NCBI GenBank assembly: GCA_910587735.1
Contig: CAJUNT010000003.1
Span: 16,515 to 80,514, forward strand
Origin: an uncultured Clostridia bacterium
GTDB taxonomy: Bacteria > Bacillota > Clostridia > Lachnospirales > Anaerotignaceae
Reading direction: 5' to 3'
Length of the DNA stretch: 64,000 nt
The position numbers were made by a program, and so were the translations under genes. Below are positions 31,367-42,664 of the stretch, one piece after another. Under the pieces are notes generated by a model. It did no database searches. It was not told the DNA's origin and saw only the letters and a list, made by a program, of their open reading frames with translations. How positions within the stretch are numbered: position 1 is the stretch's first letter; every line of letters starts with the position of its first letter.

Positions 31367-32359
31367 ATGAAAATTTTAGTTTGTGGTGGTGCTGGCTATA
31401 TTGGTAGTCATACAGTAAAGGAATTATTAGATAAAGGATATGAAGTGGTTGTAATAGATAGCTTGGAAACAGGACATAAAAAAGCGGTGGACGAAAGAGC
31501 AGATCTTTGTATAGGTAATATTTCAGATGGTGCTTTTTTAGAAAATGTTTTTACAAAGTATAATATAGATGCTATCATTGATTTTGCAGCATATTCTCTT
31601 GTAGGAGAAAGCGTAAAAGAACCAGCAAAATATTTTGAAAACAATGTGGGAGGTACATTAAGCCTTTTAAGCAAAATGAGAGAACACAATGTAAAATATA
31701 TTGTATTTTCTTCAACAGCAGCAACTTATGGAGAACCAGAAAATATTCCTATATTAGAAAGTGATAGAACATTACCAACTAACCCTTATGGAGAATCTAA
31801 ACTTTGTGTAGAAAAAATACTTCGTTGGTTTGATGAGGCATATGGTATAAAATATTCTGTATTGCGTTATTTTAATGCTGCAGGTGCACATAAAAGCGGT
31901 ACAATAGGAGAAGACCATTTCCCAGAAAGTCATTTGATTCCGATTATATTACAGGTAGCATTAGGAAAAAGAGAGTTTATAGGCGTGTTTGGAGATGATT
32001 ATCCAACAGAAGATGGTACTTGTATTAGAGATTATATTCATGTAACAGATTTAGCAAATGCACATATTCTTTCTTTGGAAAAAACAATGAAAGAAAACAA
32101 AAGCCGTACTTATAATTTAGGAAATGGCAAAGGTTTTTCTGTAAAAGAAGTGATTGAAATGACAAGAAAAGTAACAGGAAAAGATATTCCTGAAAAAGTA
32201 GAACCAAGACGAGCAGGTGACCCATCTGTGTTAATTGCTTCTTCTGAAAAAATTATAAAAGAATTAGGGTGGCAACCACAGTATAATACATTAGAAAAGA
32301 TAATTGATTCTGCATGGCAATGGCATAAAAATCATCCAAATGGGTTTGAAGATAGATAA
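31367..32359 (+). CDS. galE: UDP-glucose 4-epimerase
   Basis: GGAGYIGSH, YGESK, RYFNAAGA, RDYIHV. Confidence 0.96.
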   Translation: MKILVCGGAGYIGSHTVKELLDKGYEVVVIDSLETGHKKAVDERADLCIGNISDGAFLENVFTKYNIDAIIDFAAYSLVGESVKEPAKYFENNVGGTLSLLSKMREHNVKYIVFSSTAATYGEPENIPILESDRTLPTNPYGESKLCVEKILRWFDEAYGIKYSVLRYFNAAGAHKSGTIGEDHFPESHLIPIILQVALGKREFIGVFGDDYPTEDGTCIRDYIHVTDLANAHILSLEKTMKENKSRTYNLGNGKGFSVKEVIEMTRKVTGKDIPEKVEPRRAGDPSVLIASSEKIIKELGWQPQYNTLEKIIDSAWQWHKNHPNGFEDR

Positions 32360-32537
32360 TAAATTAGCTTGTCAAATAAGCATTAATAAATATGTATGAT
32401 GATATGAAAATAGAGCATATTATACAAATAAAAAAATGTTTTGTTTTCATGAAAAATCTCCTTTCATTATATTTGTTTTTTAGTTTTGTAGTTAAATTTT
32501 ATAGATGCTATTAAAACAAAAAATACGATATTCTAAA

Positions 32538-32566
32538 AAAAGTCCTCAAATTATTTGAGGACTTTT
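32538..32566. terminator. bidirectional terminator
   Basis: AAAAGTCCTCAAAT/ATTTGAGGACTTTT. Confidence 0.8.
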
Positions 32567-32580
32567 CTAATATCATTATT

Positions 32581-33342
32581 TTATAAAGAATATTTTGTAA
32601 TCATTTTTTTGATAGCTTCATTAAAATATATAAAATCATGTTGAGCATTCCATTGTTCAAATGAAAAAGGGATATTTATATTTTTTAATTCATTACAAAA
32701 ATGCAAATGGTCTTTATAAAAAGCATCGTTTGTACCACAAGTTAAATAAATTTGGGGTAATATATTTTGTTTCCTTGCTTTTTTCGCATTTTCTAATATA
32801 TCCAATTCAGATTTCCAAGTAAGTGATTCTCCAAATATAGTGGTAAAATCGTTAATTAATTGTTTTCCAAATTGTTGCTGATATTTTATACTGTTTTGCT
32901 TCATATCATAAAGCCCTTGCTTTAGCAATAAGCAACAGGAAGAAAAAGCACCACAAATACCATATTGCTGTGGTTTGGATAAAGCACATAATAAAGCACC
33001 ATATCCTCCCATAGAACTGCCTAATATAATAGTATCATCTCTGTGAGAAGAAATAGAAAAAATATTTTTACAAATGAGAGGTAATTCCTCTGTAATATAA
33101 TCAAAATATTGATTACAATAAAAACTTCTTTCTGCATCAGGCAATATATAAATGGTATTTCCCTCCATAGCGTATGTAGATAACATAGAGTAATCTAGCC
33201 ATGTTTTGCTGTTTCCACATAGCCCATGCAGTACATAGGCTACTTTATATTGTTTTTGATTTAATAAATTATTTGGTGTAATAATCGTAATATCTGTGTC
33301 TTTTTCAAGTATATTAGAAAATACTGTACCACTTAATCTCAT
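32581..33342 (-). CDS. alpha/beta-hydrolase esterase
   Basis: LHGL, GSSMGG nucleophile elbow, CGTND, HDF. Confidence 0.88.
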   Translation of the reverse strand: MRLSGTVFSNILEKDTDITIITPNNLLNQKQYKVAYVLHGLCGNSKTWLDYSMLSTYAMEGNTIYILPDAERSFYCNQYFDYITEELPLICKNIFSISSHRDDTIILGSSMGGYGALLCALSKPQQYGICGAFSSCCLLLKQGLYDMKQNSIKYQQQFGKQLINDFTTIFGESLTWKSELDILENAKKARKQNILPQIYLTCGTNDAFYKDHLHFCNELKNINIPFSFEQWNAQHDFIYFNEAIKKMITKYSL

Positions 33343-33436
33343 GATTGATACGCTCCTTTACTGAAATAGTTATATTAAACTATTTCAGTAAATACAATGC
33401 ATAGCCTCATAGCTATCACTCCTTTGTTTATATAAT

Positions 33437-34918
33437 TAGCCTTGAGCAAAACCTCATGAACCCAACAAATAAGCGGTTTTGCAAGAAATAATAAATAAAT
33501 TTATCACTATAAAATATAGAAACAGCCAACCGATTTTGGTATTATTAAATTGTAAGAAAACCACACGAAAGGGGTTGACTGTTATCTATCGCCAAGAAAT
33601 TTTACAGGACATTGCATTATTCACTTCTACACCAAAAGCTCAGTTTTACGATAAGCTGTTTGTTAACCTTGATTTATCCGAGTTCCCAGAACCTACGGCA
33701 AAAACAGGCAGAAATGCTTTCTCAAAAAGAGCATTGCTCTGTGCTTTTATTGTCATGAAATGCGAATGCTTTTCCTATATTACAGATTTAGTTGATTATC
33801 TTAACAATAATCTTATCATTGCTTATTATTGCGGTTTTAATATTACAAAACCACTTCCATCATACTGGACTTTTAACCGCTTTATACGCAATATTGACAA
33901 CAAGCTGCTTAAAAATTTTATACAGTCGCAACTATTAAAGCTTTCCCAAATGGGTATCCTCAGTACTTCTGTTATTGCTCTGAACTCTACTCCCATAAAC
34001 GCTCATACTCATCAGAATACATACAGCTTCAAATCAGTATAATAAATGAAATTTTGAATGCTATTGAGGCTACAAAAACCATATTTTGATTGATTGCATT
34101 ACAGGCTTACCAATCTTTGAGATGACAACAACTGCCGATGTTTCGGACTGTACAGTCACTCTTGATATTCTAAGCCAAACCAATCACTTTATTTTTATTG
34201 ATAAGCGTACATTCTTAGCCGATAAAGGCTATGACGTCAAAGCTGTTTACAATACTGTAAAAGAGCTCTATCATGGTGAATGTGTTATTCCTCTTAACAA
34301 GCGAAACACTAAAAATCCAAAAAGCTCTCAAGCGGACATCCCATTTGTGAAGCAGGTCTTGCTATGATGAAAGATGGTAAATCTTATGACAATCACAGAA
34401 CCCGGCAGAAATACTGCTGCCCATTGAAACAGTCTAAAAACAAAAGCTGTCCGTGCAATCACAAATGCTGGAATAATGGCAAGAAAAATAGAGGATGCAC
34501 CAAATATATTACTCTTCCCTATGATTACAGACTTTCCATTGACCGTGACTGTATTTCGTTTAAGAAAATTTACGCACTGCGAACAGAAGTCGAACGTTAC
34601 AATGCACGTTTCAAGCAGACAGGGCAGGAGTGTATGTGGGTACATAATTTTAACGCCGTTCAAAATCTGAATTCTGTTGCTCATATTGCTCTACTTGCTG
34701 TTGCTTTTACTGCTGTCATCACTAAGTCTAAATGCTTTTATCGCAGCCTTAAATCTATTAAGCGTATTGCTTAACCTGATTCATTTCATATTTTGAGATA
34801 GGCTTTTGTCTTTTGAGACGAATGTCTGCTTTATTGTGCCTTTATGAGACACTTTTTGTTTTTTCTTGATTTTCTTTGCTATTTCGTCTTTTTATTTTTT
34901 GAGTTTTGCTCATCTCTA
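33437..34918 (+). mobile_element. degenerate insertion sequence (DDE transposase; family uncertain, IS5/IS1182/ISNCY-like)
   Basis: Imperfect terminal IRs TAGCCTTGAGCAAAAC / TAGAGATGAGCAAAAC (rc); 8-bp direct repeat TATATAAT at 33429-33436 and 34919-34926; GC above flanks. Confidence 0.88.
33479..34774 (+). pseudogene. transposase pseudogene in three fragments
   Basis: Fragments 33479-34042 (CGF....PSYWTF.RF), 34086-34367 (ADKGYD), 34364-34774 (Y..R..VER.N); stop and frameshift between them. Confidence 0.88.
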
Positions 34919-34926
34919 TATATAAT

Positions 34927-35892
34927 TTATGGTATCATTTCAACATTATTCCATACAGCCTCATGTCTTTCTATTTCTATATCTGAAATCCATTGATTTA
35001 ATTCATCTGTAAATACTTTTTGTTTCATAGCTGTTGTATATTCTGCTCTCATAATTTCCTTTAATTGAGCATCATCAGGAATAGATTTTTTATCAACACG
35101 AATAATAAAATACCCTTCTGTTGTAGAAATCGGTTCGCTAATTTGCCCTTGCTCTAAATTAAAATCCATATCAAAAGCAGAATCTAAACGATTTTTATAT
35201 GTTTCCATAACACCGCTGTTTTGATTTTGTTGAGTATCTGATGGATACTCTTGTAGTAATGTTTGAAAATCTTCTCCTTCTTTTAATCGTTGTGATATTT
35301 GTTGTGCTGTTTGTTGGTCTGATACAAATATATTGCTTATAGTATATTCTGTGTATGCTGCTCTTTGTGATTCTTTGTTCTGCTCAAAATATGCATGAAA
35401 TTCTGTTTCAGAGGGCTGATAATCTTTTGTTACAGCTTCTATCACTTTTTTATAAAGCAATGTATCTTCCATAATTTTATACATATCTTGGTCAGAAATA
35501 GAAATAATATTTTTTTGTTCTTCTGTCATAGAAGCAAGTTCTGCATCTCCATCTATTTTTGCTGAGGCTTTTTCTTCATCAGAAAGAGAAACTTGATATT
35601 TATTTGCTTTGTCTGATGTAACTTTTACATGAAGCATTGTAACAAAAGCTCTTTCTTTTACAACATCTTCTGCAGATTGTCCATCAAAATCTGTTTCCCA
35701 TATGTCATCACCACCAATAGCATTAAAATCTTTTGTTGCTTCATATAAATATAGCATATATTCTGATTTAGAAATCGCCTTACCATTGATTGTTGCAATA
35801 GTATCTTCTTTAGGAATCGGCTTGGAACAGCCAACTAGTGCAATCAATGATAAACAAAAAAGTATGACGAATATTGATTTTAAATTTTTCAT
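34927..35892 (-). CDS. PrsA-like foldase lipoprotein (SurA N-terminal plus parvulin-like domain)
   Basis: Lipobox LVGC; ATINGKAI; GEDF; GQISEPISTTEGYFII; downstream of mfd. Confidence 0.85.
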   Translation of the reverse strand: MKNLKSIFVILFCLSLIALVGCSKPIPKEDTIATINGKAISKSEYMLYLYEATKDFNAIGGDDIWETDFDGQSAEDVVKERAFVTMLHVKVTSDKANKYQVSLSDEEKASAKIDGDAELASMTEEQKNIISISDQDMYKIMEDTLLYKKVIEAVTKDYQPSETEFHAYFEQNKESQRAAYTEYTISNIFVSDQQTAQQISQRLKEGEDFQTLLQEYPSDTQQNQNSGVMETYKNRLDSAFDMDFNLEQGQISEPISTTEGYFIIRVDKKSIPDDAQLKEIMRAEYTTAMKQKVFTDELNQWISDIEIERHEAVWNNVEMIP

Positions 35893-36004
35893 GTATACAC
35901 CTACTCCATAATATAGTGTATTATTTGTAATAGTGACAAATAGTAATATAACAATATTGATATTGTATTATCATTTTTATTATACACTAGAAAAATAAAA
36001 AATC

Positions 36005-39000
36005 CTAGCATTTCAATGATTGTAATAATATTTTAATATTGCTCAATATAGTACTTTCTTTTTCTTCCTTTTTCATCAGTATTGTAATATAAGGAGATGC
36101 ACCAGCAGTAAAAAGATATTTCCCCTTTCCATTAGCAATTAGTGAAGTAATAAGTTCTGGCTCTATATTTGCATCTGCTTTTAACTGTAATAATATACTA
36201 TTACTTTTTTGTGCAATAGAAAGTACACCCAAATCATGAGCATATGCTTTTAAAAGTACAACATCTAAAAGCGATTGCACACTTTTTGGTAAATTTCCAT
36301 ATCTATCTTCCAATTCTTCTTGTATATTATAATAATCTGATTGATTAGATATGACAGCAATTTTTTTATACATTTCCATTCTTTGTTGCTGGTTTTTAAT
36401 ATAAAAATCAGGAATATATGCATTAATGTTTAAATCTACAGTGGTTTCAAAATACTCCTGTTTTGGTTCTCCTTTCATATTTTGTATTTCTGATTCTAAA
36501 AGACGACAATACATATCATAGCCTATTGCCTCCATATGTCCATGTTGTTCTGCACCTAAAAGATTGCCTGCACCTCTGATTTCTAAATCTCTCATAGCAA
36601 TTTTAAATCCAGAGCCAAATTCTGTAAATTCCCTTATTGTTTGCAATCGTTTTTCTGCTGTTTCCTGTAATACTTTATCCCTATGGTACATTAAATAGGC
36701 ATAAGCCATTCTATTGGAACGACCTACGCGTCCCCTTAACTGATATAGCTGTGAAAGTCCCATACGGTCAGCATCTTGTATAATAATAGTATTGGTATTT
36801 GAAATATCAAGTCCTGTTTCTATAATGGTTGTGCATACCAAAACATCAATTTGTCCTTCTATAAATTCGGACATAATATTTTCTAGTTCTCTTTCTGTCA
36901 TTTGACCATGTGCATAACTGATTTTTGCTTCAGGAACTAATTTTTGTAAACGTAATGTTTCTTCAGCAATGTTTTGTACACGATTAAATAAATAATATAC
37001 CTGTCCACCTCTTGCTAGTTCTCTATGAATTGCCTCTTTTACAAATGCTGGATTGCTTTCTAATACATATGTCTGTATAGGATAGCGTTCTTGAGGAGGT
37101 TCTTCTAATATGCTCATATCACGAATACCAGAAAGACTCATGTGTAGTGTACGCGGAATAGGTGTCGCTGTTAATGTCAACACATTTACATTTTCACGAA
37201 AAGATTTTAATTTTTCTTTATGTCCTACACCAAAGCGTTGTTCTTCATCTATAATAATCAATCCTAAATCTTTAAAACAAATATCTTTTGATAAAATTCT
37301 ATGTGTACCAATAACAATATCTATAATACCATTTTTTAAACCTTCCAATGTTTCTTTTTGCTGTTTTGGTGTACGAAAACGAGAAAGTAATCCTATTTTA
37401 ATAGGATAGCCAGACATTCTTTGTAAAAATGTATTGTAATGCTGTTGTGCAAGTATAGTAGTGGGTACTAAATAAGCAACCTGTTTGCTGTCTTGTATTG
37501 CTTTAAAAGCAGCTCTTATTGCAACCTCTGTTTTACCATATCCTACATCACCACATATCAATCTATCCATTACTTTGCCATTTTCCATATCTCTTTTTAC
37601 ATCTTCAATGGCGTCTAATTGGTCTTCTGTTTCTTCAAAAGGGAACCCCTCTTCAAATTCTTTTTGCCATAGTGTGTCCTTAGAATATACAAAACCTTTT
37701 GCGTCTGCTCTTTTTGCATAGAGTGCTACTAAATCTTGTGCTAATATTTTGATAGCAGAACGTGCTTTTGTTTTTGCTTTACCCCATTCTTGTCCTCCTA
37801 ATTTATTTAATTTAGGAGCAACACCATGACTACCAATGTATTTTTGTATTAAATTCATTTGATTAACGGGTACAAAAAGATTTCCACCATTTGCATAAGA
37901 TATTTTCATATAATCTTTATTAATACCATCTACAATGATTTTTTCGAGTCCTTGAAAAATGCCAATACCATGATTATCATGTACAACATAATCACCCAAC
38001 TTTAAATCTGTAAAGCTTTCTATTACAGCACCTTTTTTTTCTTTTTTACGTCTTTTTTTTGCCTTTACTTCTCCAAAAAATTCTTTATCAGAAAATACAG
38101 CAAAACCAATATCTTGATAAGAAAAGCCTTGTGTTAACCTGCCTGATGCTATCATAATACTACCTTTTGATAAAGAAGGTGCATTTTGCAATGTTTCACA
38201 AAAAAATGCAATAATATCTCTTTCTTGCAATTCCTTTACCATTCTTTCACAACGGGTATGTCCTCCTGCTAATATAATAATACGATAGTTTAATTTTTTT
38301 AACATAGTAATTTCATTGCAAAATAAATCAATTCTTTTTTGAAATGCAGGAGCAGATTTGACAGAAAAGAAAAAGGTATTTTTTACAGAAAAATAAGGCG
38401 CTTTTTGGGATATTGTTGTTATGAGAATTTCAGAAAAATGAGAAGCCTCTTTCAAAATATGAATATAATCAAAAAGAATATTTCCTTGTGTAGGAAGTAT
38501 ATAGCCCTTTTCTATACGCTCCTTCATGCTTTCGCTATATTCTGTAAAAATGGTATCCATATGCTGTTGTATTTTATCAGGTTCTTCAAAAAATAAAAGA
38601 GTATCTTTAGGTATATAACTTAAAAGACTGACTGTATTTTCATAAAAATAGTTTATATAATTATTGATGTTGTTATGGATTTGCCCATTTTTGAGTGCAT
38701 ATATTATCTGTTCTGTTGTTTCTTTTAATCGTTGTGCAGAATCTGTAAAACCATTTTTTTCAAATTTTTGTAATGTAGTTTGATATTCTTTTTCTATTTT
38801 TTGTACAGCAGTTTTTGCTAGTTCTTTATCAAATACCAATTCTCTCATAGGAAAAATGGATATACTTTTTATTTTTTGAGTAGAGCGTTGTGTATTGGTA
38901 TTTACAAGACGTATGGAATCAATTTCATCGTCCCAGAGCTCAATACGAAATGTTTGTTCCGCTATGGGAGAATGAATGTCTATAATACCTCCTCTTATTG

Positions 39001-39517
39001 CAAACTGCCCTACCGATTCTACTAATTCTGTTCTTTCATATCCCATTAATAAAAGTTGCTCTAATAAATTTTTGCTGTCTACAATATCCCCTTCTTTTAA
39101 TTCTAATATAAATGAAGAAAAAGTCTCTTTTGTAGGCATTTTGTCAAGTAATGCTTCTATAGAAAGTACAAGTATTGTTTGTTGACCAGTGATATAACGA
39201 TTGAGTATAGAAAAGCGCTGACAAGTAATCGTTTGACTATGCACATCAGCACTATAAAAAAGTAAATCTTTTGCTGGATAAAAAAAGGTATCTTTACGAA
39301 AAAAAGAAAGATTTTCATAAATCTGTCTTGCTCTTAATTCACTATATGTTAGTATAACAGCAGGACGCTGCAAATGATGACAAATTCCAGCAATCATATG
39401 TGTCTGCTGAACATCAATCATACCAGAGGCAAGTATAGGAGTGTTATGATTGCGAATATTTTCAAGCATATGTTGATATTGCTGTAATTCTAATAGGGGT
39501 TCAAAAAGGGTATTCAA
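36005..39517 (-). CDS. mfd: transcription-repair coupling factor
   Basis: GDVGYGKTEVA, DEEQRFG, TATPIPRT, QLRGRVGR; TTG start with GAGGTG RBS. Confidence 0.97.
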   Translation of the reverse strand: MNTLFEPLLELQQYQHMLENIRNHNTPILASGMIDVQQTHMIAGICHHLQRPAVILTYSELRARQIYENLSFFRKDTFFYPAKDLLFYSADVHSQTITCQRFSILNRYITGQQTILVLSIEALLDKMPTKETFSSFILELKEGDIVDSKNLLEQLLLMGYERTELVESVGQFAIRGGIIDIHSPIAEQTFRIELWDDEIDSIRLVNTNTQRSTQKIKSISIFPMRELVFDKELAKTAVQKIEKEYQTTLQKFEKNGFTDSAQRLKETTEQIIYALKNGQIHNNINNYINYFYENTVSLLSYIPKDTLLFFEEPDKIQQHMDTIFTEYSESMKERIEKGYILPTQGNILFDYIHILKEASHFSEILITTISQKAPYFSVKNTFFFSVKSAPAFQKRIDLFCNEITMLKKLNYRIIILAGGHTRCERMVKELQERDIIAFFCETLQNAPSLSKGSIMIASGRLTQGFSYQDIGFAVFSDKEFFGEVKAKKRRKKEKKGAVIESFTDLKLGDYVVHDNHGIGIFQGLEKIIVDGINKDYMKISYANGGNLFVPVNQMNLIQKYIGSHGVAPKLNKLGGQEWGKAKTKARSAIKILAQDLVALYAKRADAKGFVYSKDTLWQKEFEEGFPFEETEDQLDAIEDVKRDMENGKVMDRLICGDVGYGKTEVAIRAAFKAIQDSKQVAYLVPTTILAQQHYNTFLQRMSGYPIKIGLLSRFRTPKQQKETLEGLKNGIIDIVIGTHRILSKDICFKDLGLIIIDEEQRFGVGHKEKLKSFRENVNVLTLTATPIPRTLHMSLSGIRDMSILEEPPQERYPIQTYVLESNPAFVKEAIHRELARGGQVYYLFNRVQNIAEETLRLQKLVPEAKISYAHGQMTERELENIMSEFIEGQIDVLVCTTIIETGLDISNTNTIIIQDADRMGLSQLYQLRGRVGRSNRMAYAYLMYHRDKVLQETAEKRLQTIREFTEFGSGFKIAMRDLEIRGAGNLLGAEQHGHMEAIGYDMYCRLLESEIQNMKGEPKQEYFETTVDLNINAYIPDFYIKNQQQRMEMYKKIAVISNQSDYYNIQEELEDRYGNLPKSVQSLLDVVLLKAYAHDLGVLSIAQKSNSILLQLKADANIEPELITSLIANGKGKYLFTAGASPYITILMKKEEKESTILSNIKILLQSLKC

Positions 39518-40131
39518 GAAATCACCTCGTTTGTATTAGAAGGTTTTGATTTTTTATTTTCTTTTTTTAATTTTTGATTTGTTTGATTCATTGCTTCAAC
39601 AATACCTTTTGTTAAAAGTATTTCTATGGCATGGCTTGCTTTTTCTACACCGCTTAATATAAGGGGCTCATCATCTTTTGAAAACTTAGCGAGTACATAA
39701 TCTGCTAAATCCCAACCATTTGGTTTTTCGCCAATACCTACTTTAATACGAATAAATGCATCTGTATTTAAATGTGCAATGATATTTTTGATACCATTGT
39801 GTCCTCCAGCACTTCCTTTTTCTCTAATACGTACACTACTGAGAGGAAGACTTGTATCATCATATATTACATAAAATTGTTCTATGGGAATTTTATAAAA
39901 TTTTAGTATTTCTCTAATGCTTTCACCACTTAAATTCATATAGGTTTGTGGTTTTACAAGAAGTACTTTTTTACCTGCTATCACACCATCGCCTATGAGT
40001 GCCTTATGCTTAAATTTTGTTACATCAATATTATATTCTTTTGCTAACTGGTCAATAACCCAAAATCCTACATTATGTTTGGTTTTATCATATTCTTTAC
40101 CAGGATTTCCTAATCCTGCAATTACAATCAT
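39514..40131 (-). CDS. pth: peptidyl-tRNA hydrolase
   Basis: GLGNPG, HNVGF, KPQTYMNLSG, GGHNG; RBS supports ATG 40131. Confidence 0.96.
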   Translation of the reverse strand: MIVIAGLGNPGKEYDKTKHNVGFWVIDQLAKEYNIDVTKFKHKALIGDGVIAGKKVLLVKPQTYMNLSGESIREILKFYKIPIEQFYVIYDDTSLPLSSVRIREKGSAGGHNGIKNIIAHLNTDAFIRIKVGIGEKPNGWDLADYVLAKFSKDDEPLILSGVEKASHAIEILLTKGIVEAMNQTNQKLKKENKKSKPSNTNEVIS

Positions 40132-40298
40132 ATTTTTATCACCTCTGTTTTGTTGAAAAAATGGTAGTAACGATAATATACCCATAAAAATCCCCTTTTG
40201 TTATTGTAAATTTGTTATTTTTTATTATAACTGTTGTGAAAGAAAAAGCAAGGTATTTTCAAAGTATATATGATACCAAAAATGATTTATAAATAATA

Positions 40299-40907
40299 CT
40301 ATAAAATATTATTTTTGATTTCTATTAAACTATGTTTTTGCAGTTCATATAAATGAGAAGAAAGTGCATTTGCTTCTGCTATATTATGAGTGATGACAAT
40401 ACAAATTTTATCAAGTAATTTTTTTTGTAAAAATGGTATGATTTTTTGTTTTCTTTCTACATCAATACCTGTAAAAGGTTCATCTAAAAGAAAAATATCT
40501 CCATCATAAACAAGTGCTTTTGCTAATGCAACACGACGTAGCATACCACCACTAAGTTCATGAGGTAATTTTTTTTTTATATCAAATAAATCTAATTGCT
40601 CTAATGTATGCAAACAATACGCTTTATCTTTGCTTACAGTAAGCATATTATCCAATACAGTAAGCCAGGGTAAAAGTCTATTTTCTTGAAAAAGAAATGA
40701 TATTTTTTTTGCATTATGTGTAATTGTACCATGCTGAGGTGTTAACAATCCACTTATGAGCTTTAAAAAAGTGGTTTTTCCACAGCCACTTTTACCTAAT
40801 ATGCAATAAATACCTTTTTCTGTAAAAGAACAATAGAATTGTTGTAATATGATTTTATCATAATGAAATGTTACATTTTCAAATTGTAGTATTGCTTTTG
40901 TTTTCAT
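40299..40907 (-). CDS. ABC transporter ATP-binding protein (NitT/TauT type)
   Basis: GKSGCGKT, FQENRLLPW, LSGGM, LLDEPF. Confidence 0.92.
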   Translation of the reverse strand: MKTKAILQFENVTFHYDKIILQQFYCSFTEKGIYCILGKSGCGKTTFLKLISGLLTPQHGTITHNAKKISFLFQENRLLPWLTVLDNMLTVSKDKAYCLHTLEQLDLFDIKKKLPHELSGGMLRRVALAKALVYDGDIFLLDEPFTGIDVERKQKIIPFLQKKLLDKICIVITHNIAEANALSSHLYELQKHSLIEIKNNIL

Positions 40908-41673
40908 ATGAAATACCTATCCTTTTACTAATATGATATAATAATTTTAAAAAAATTTTTTCTAATAAAATACTAAATAATATAGCACATATTGTCCATA
41001 CAAATAATTCTGCTGTTTCTAAATAAATTTTTGTTTCATAAATTTTTTTTCCTATGGAAATGTTGGGGGTACATATTACTTCTGCAGCTATGCCTGCTTT
41101 CCATGCCATGCCAATACCTGCATGACAAGCCGATATAAAATAAGGCATGACAGAAGGAATATATATATATCGACAGGTTTTAAAAGCAGAAAAGCCATAT
41201 ACTTTTGCCATTTCCAGATATTGTTTTTCTGTTTGTTGTATACCAATACTAATGTTTATCCATATTAAAGGAAATACCATTAAAAAAGATATTACAACAG
41301 GTACAAAATCTGTTCGTATCCATAAAAGTACAATGATACTAAAAGAAGCAACAGGTGTTGCTTTCATTACGTGTATTGCTGGAGAAAAAAATTGATATAA
41401 TATTTTATTATGATGACAAAGTACTGCAAATAAAATGCCTAACAAAACAGAAAATAAATATCCTATTAATATACGTATAAAAGAATGAAATATTGTAAAC
41501 CAAAAAGATAATTTGAAACAAATATAAAAAAATGTTTTGACAACACTGATAGGAGAAGGTATCAGTATTTGCTTTTTTACAATGATAAATAAAATTTGCC
41601 AAAATAACAGCCATACAATCAGTATGGCTGTTTTGGAAATCAGCTTTTTATTTTGTGTAGTAAAAATCTTCAT
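40879..41673 (-). CDS. ABC transporter permease (NitT/TauT type)
   Basis: Multi-TM; EMAKVYG EAA loop; WKAGIAAE. Confidence 0.9.
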   Translation of the reverse strand: MKIFTTQNKKLISKTAILIVWLLFWQILFIIVKKQILIPSPISVVKTFFYICFKLSFWFTIFHSFIRILIGYLFSVLLGILFAVLCHHNKILYQFFSPAIHVMKATPVASFSIIVLLWIRTDFVPVVISFLMVFPLIWINISIGIQQTEKQYLEMAKVYGFSAFKTCRYIYIPSVMPYFISACHAGIGMAWKAGIAAEVICTPNISIGKKIYETKIYLETAELFVWTICAILFSILLEKIFLKLLYHISKRIGISYENKSNTTI

Positions 41674-42664
41674 TAGGCAATGCGCCCCCTATGGATTTTG
41701 GATTTGCTTCAAATAATATTTGATAAAAACCTTGTAATGCATTTTTCATTTCATCATTAGCAATAAAAACAATATTACAATTAGGAATTGCTTTTTCAGC
41801 AGCAGTGGCAGAATCCATAATACCATATTTTTGTACTAATTCAGCAGCCTCACTAATATTGTTATTTACATAGTTGACAGATTCTTCATATTCCTTTAAA
41901 AAGTTTTCAAATGCATCTGTATTGTTTTGTATAAAATCTTTTCTTGCTACAATACAGCCCATAGCAAGCTGTGATGGCATTAATGAATTTGTTAGTTGTG
42001 TGGTATTCCATTCCTCTGTTAAATCAAGTGCTTGATGTATTGTATTGTCTTTGAGCAAAACAGCTGTAACATTAGGCTCTGGTAAAAGTGCAATGTTGAC
42101 ATCTCCAGATAATAAAGCAGTAGCAAGCTCTGCGTGTTCTGCCATATATTCTACTGTTATATGTTGAATATTGTTTTTTTGTAGAATATAATTTAAAACA
42201 TATTCTGGAGTAGAGCCTTGTCCTGTAGCATAAATTGTTTTGCCTTCTAAATCAGAAACAGATTGTATTGTGTCACCACGTTCTAAAATATGTAAAACGC
42301 CTAATGTATTTATGGCAGCAATAGAGATTTCTTGCTCTGACTTGTTATAAACAGCAGCAGCCACATTGGTAGGTAATGCTGCAATATCGACACTACCATT
42401 TATCAGTTTTGCCATAACTTCATCTGGTGCAGAAGAAACTTCAAATGTATATTCATTTGATGAATTAGTAGAATCCATTAATTTTACAGCTCCAATGCCT
42501 GTTGGACCTTTTAATACAGCAACAGAAATAGCAGTGGTTTCTGCATTACTTGTAGGATTTGTTAGTGTTTCGGTATGAGAAGGTTCTTTTGAACAAGCTG
42601 TAATACTAAAAAGAAAAATAATTGCTAATAAAATACTTAAAATATTTTTTTGTTTGTTTCTCAT
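41648..42664 (-). CDS. ABC transporter substrate-binding lipoprotein (NitT/TauT/SsuA-like)
   Basis: Lipobox ITAC; LKGPTG, LPEP motifs. Confidence 0.9.
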   Translation of the reverse strand: MRNKQKNILSILLAIIFLFSITACSKEPSHTETLTNPTSNAETTAISVAVLKGPTGIGAVKLMDSTNSSNEYTFEVSSAPDEVMAKLINGSVDIAALPTNVAAAVYNKSEQEISIAAINTLGVLHILERGDTIQSVSDLEGKTIYATGQGSTPEYVLNYILQKNNIQHITVEYMAEHAELATALLSGDVNIALLPEPNVTAVLLKDNTIHQALDLTEEWNTTQLTNSLMPSQLAMGCIVARKDFIQNNTDAFENFLKEYEESVNYVNNNISEAAELVQKYGIMDSATAAEKAIPNCNIVFIANDEMKNALQGFYQILFEANPKSIGGALPNEDFYYTK

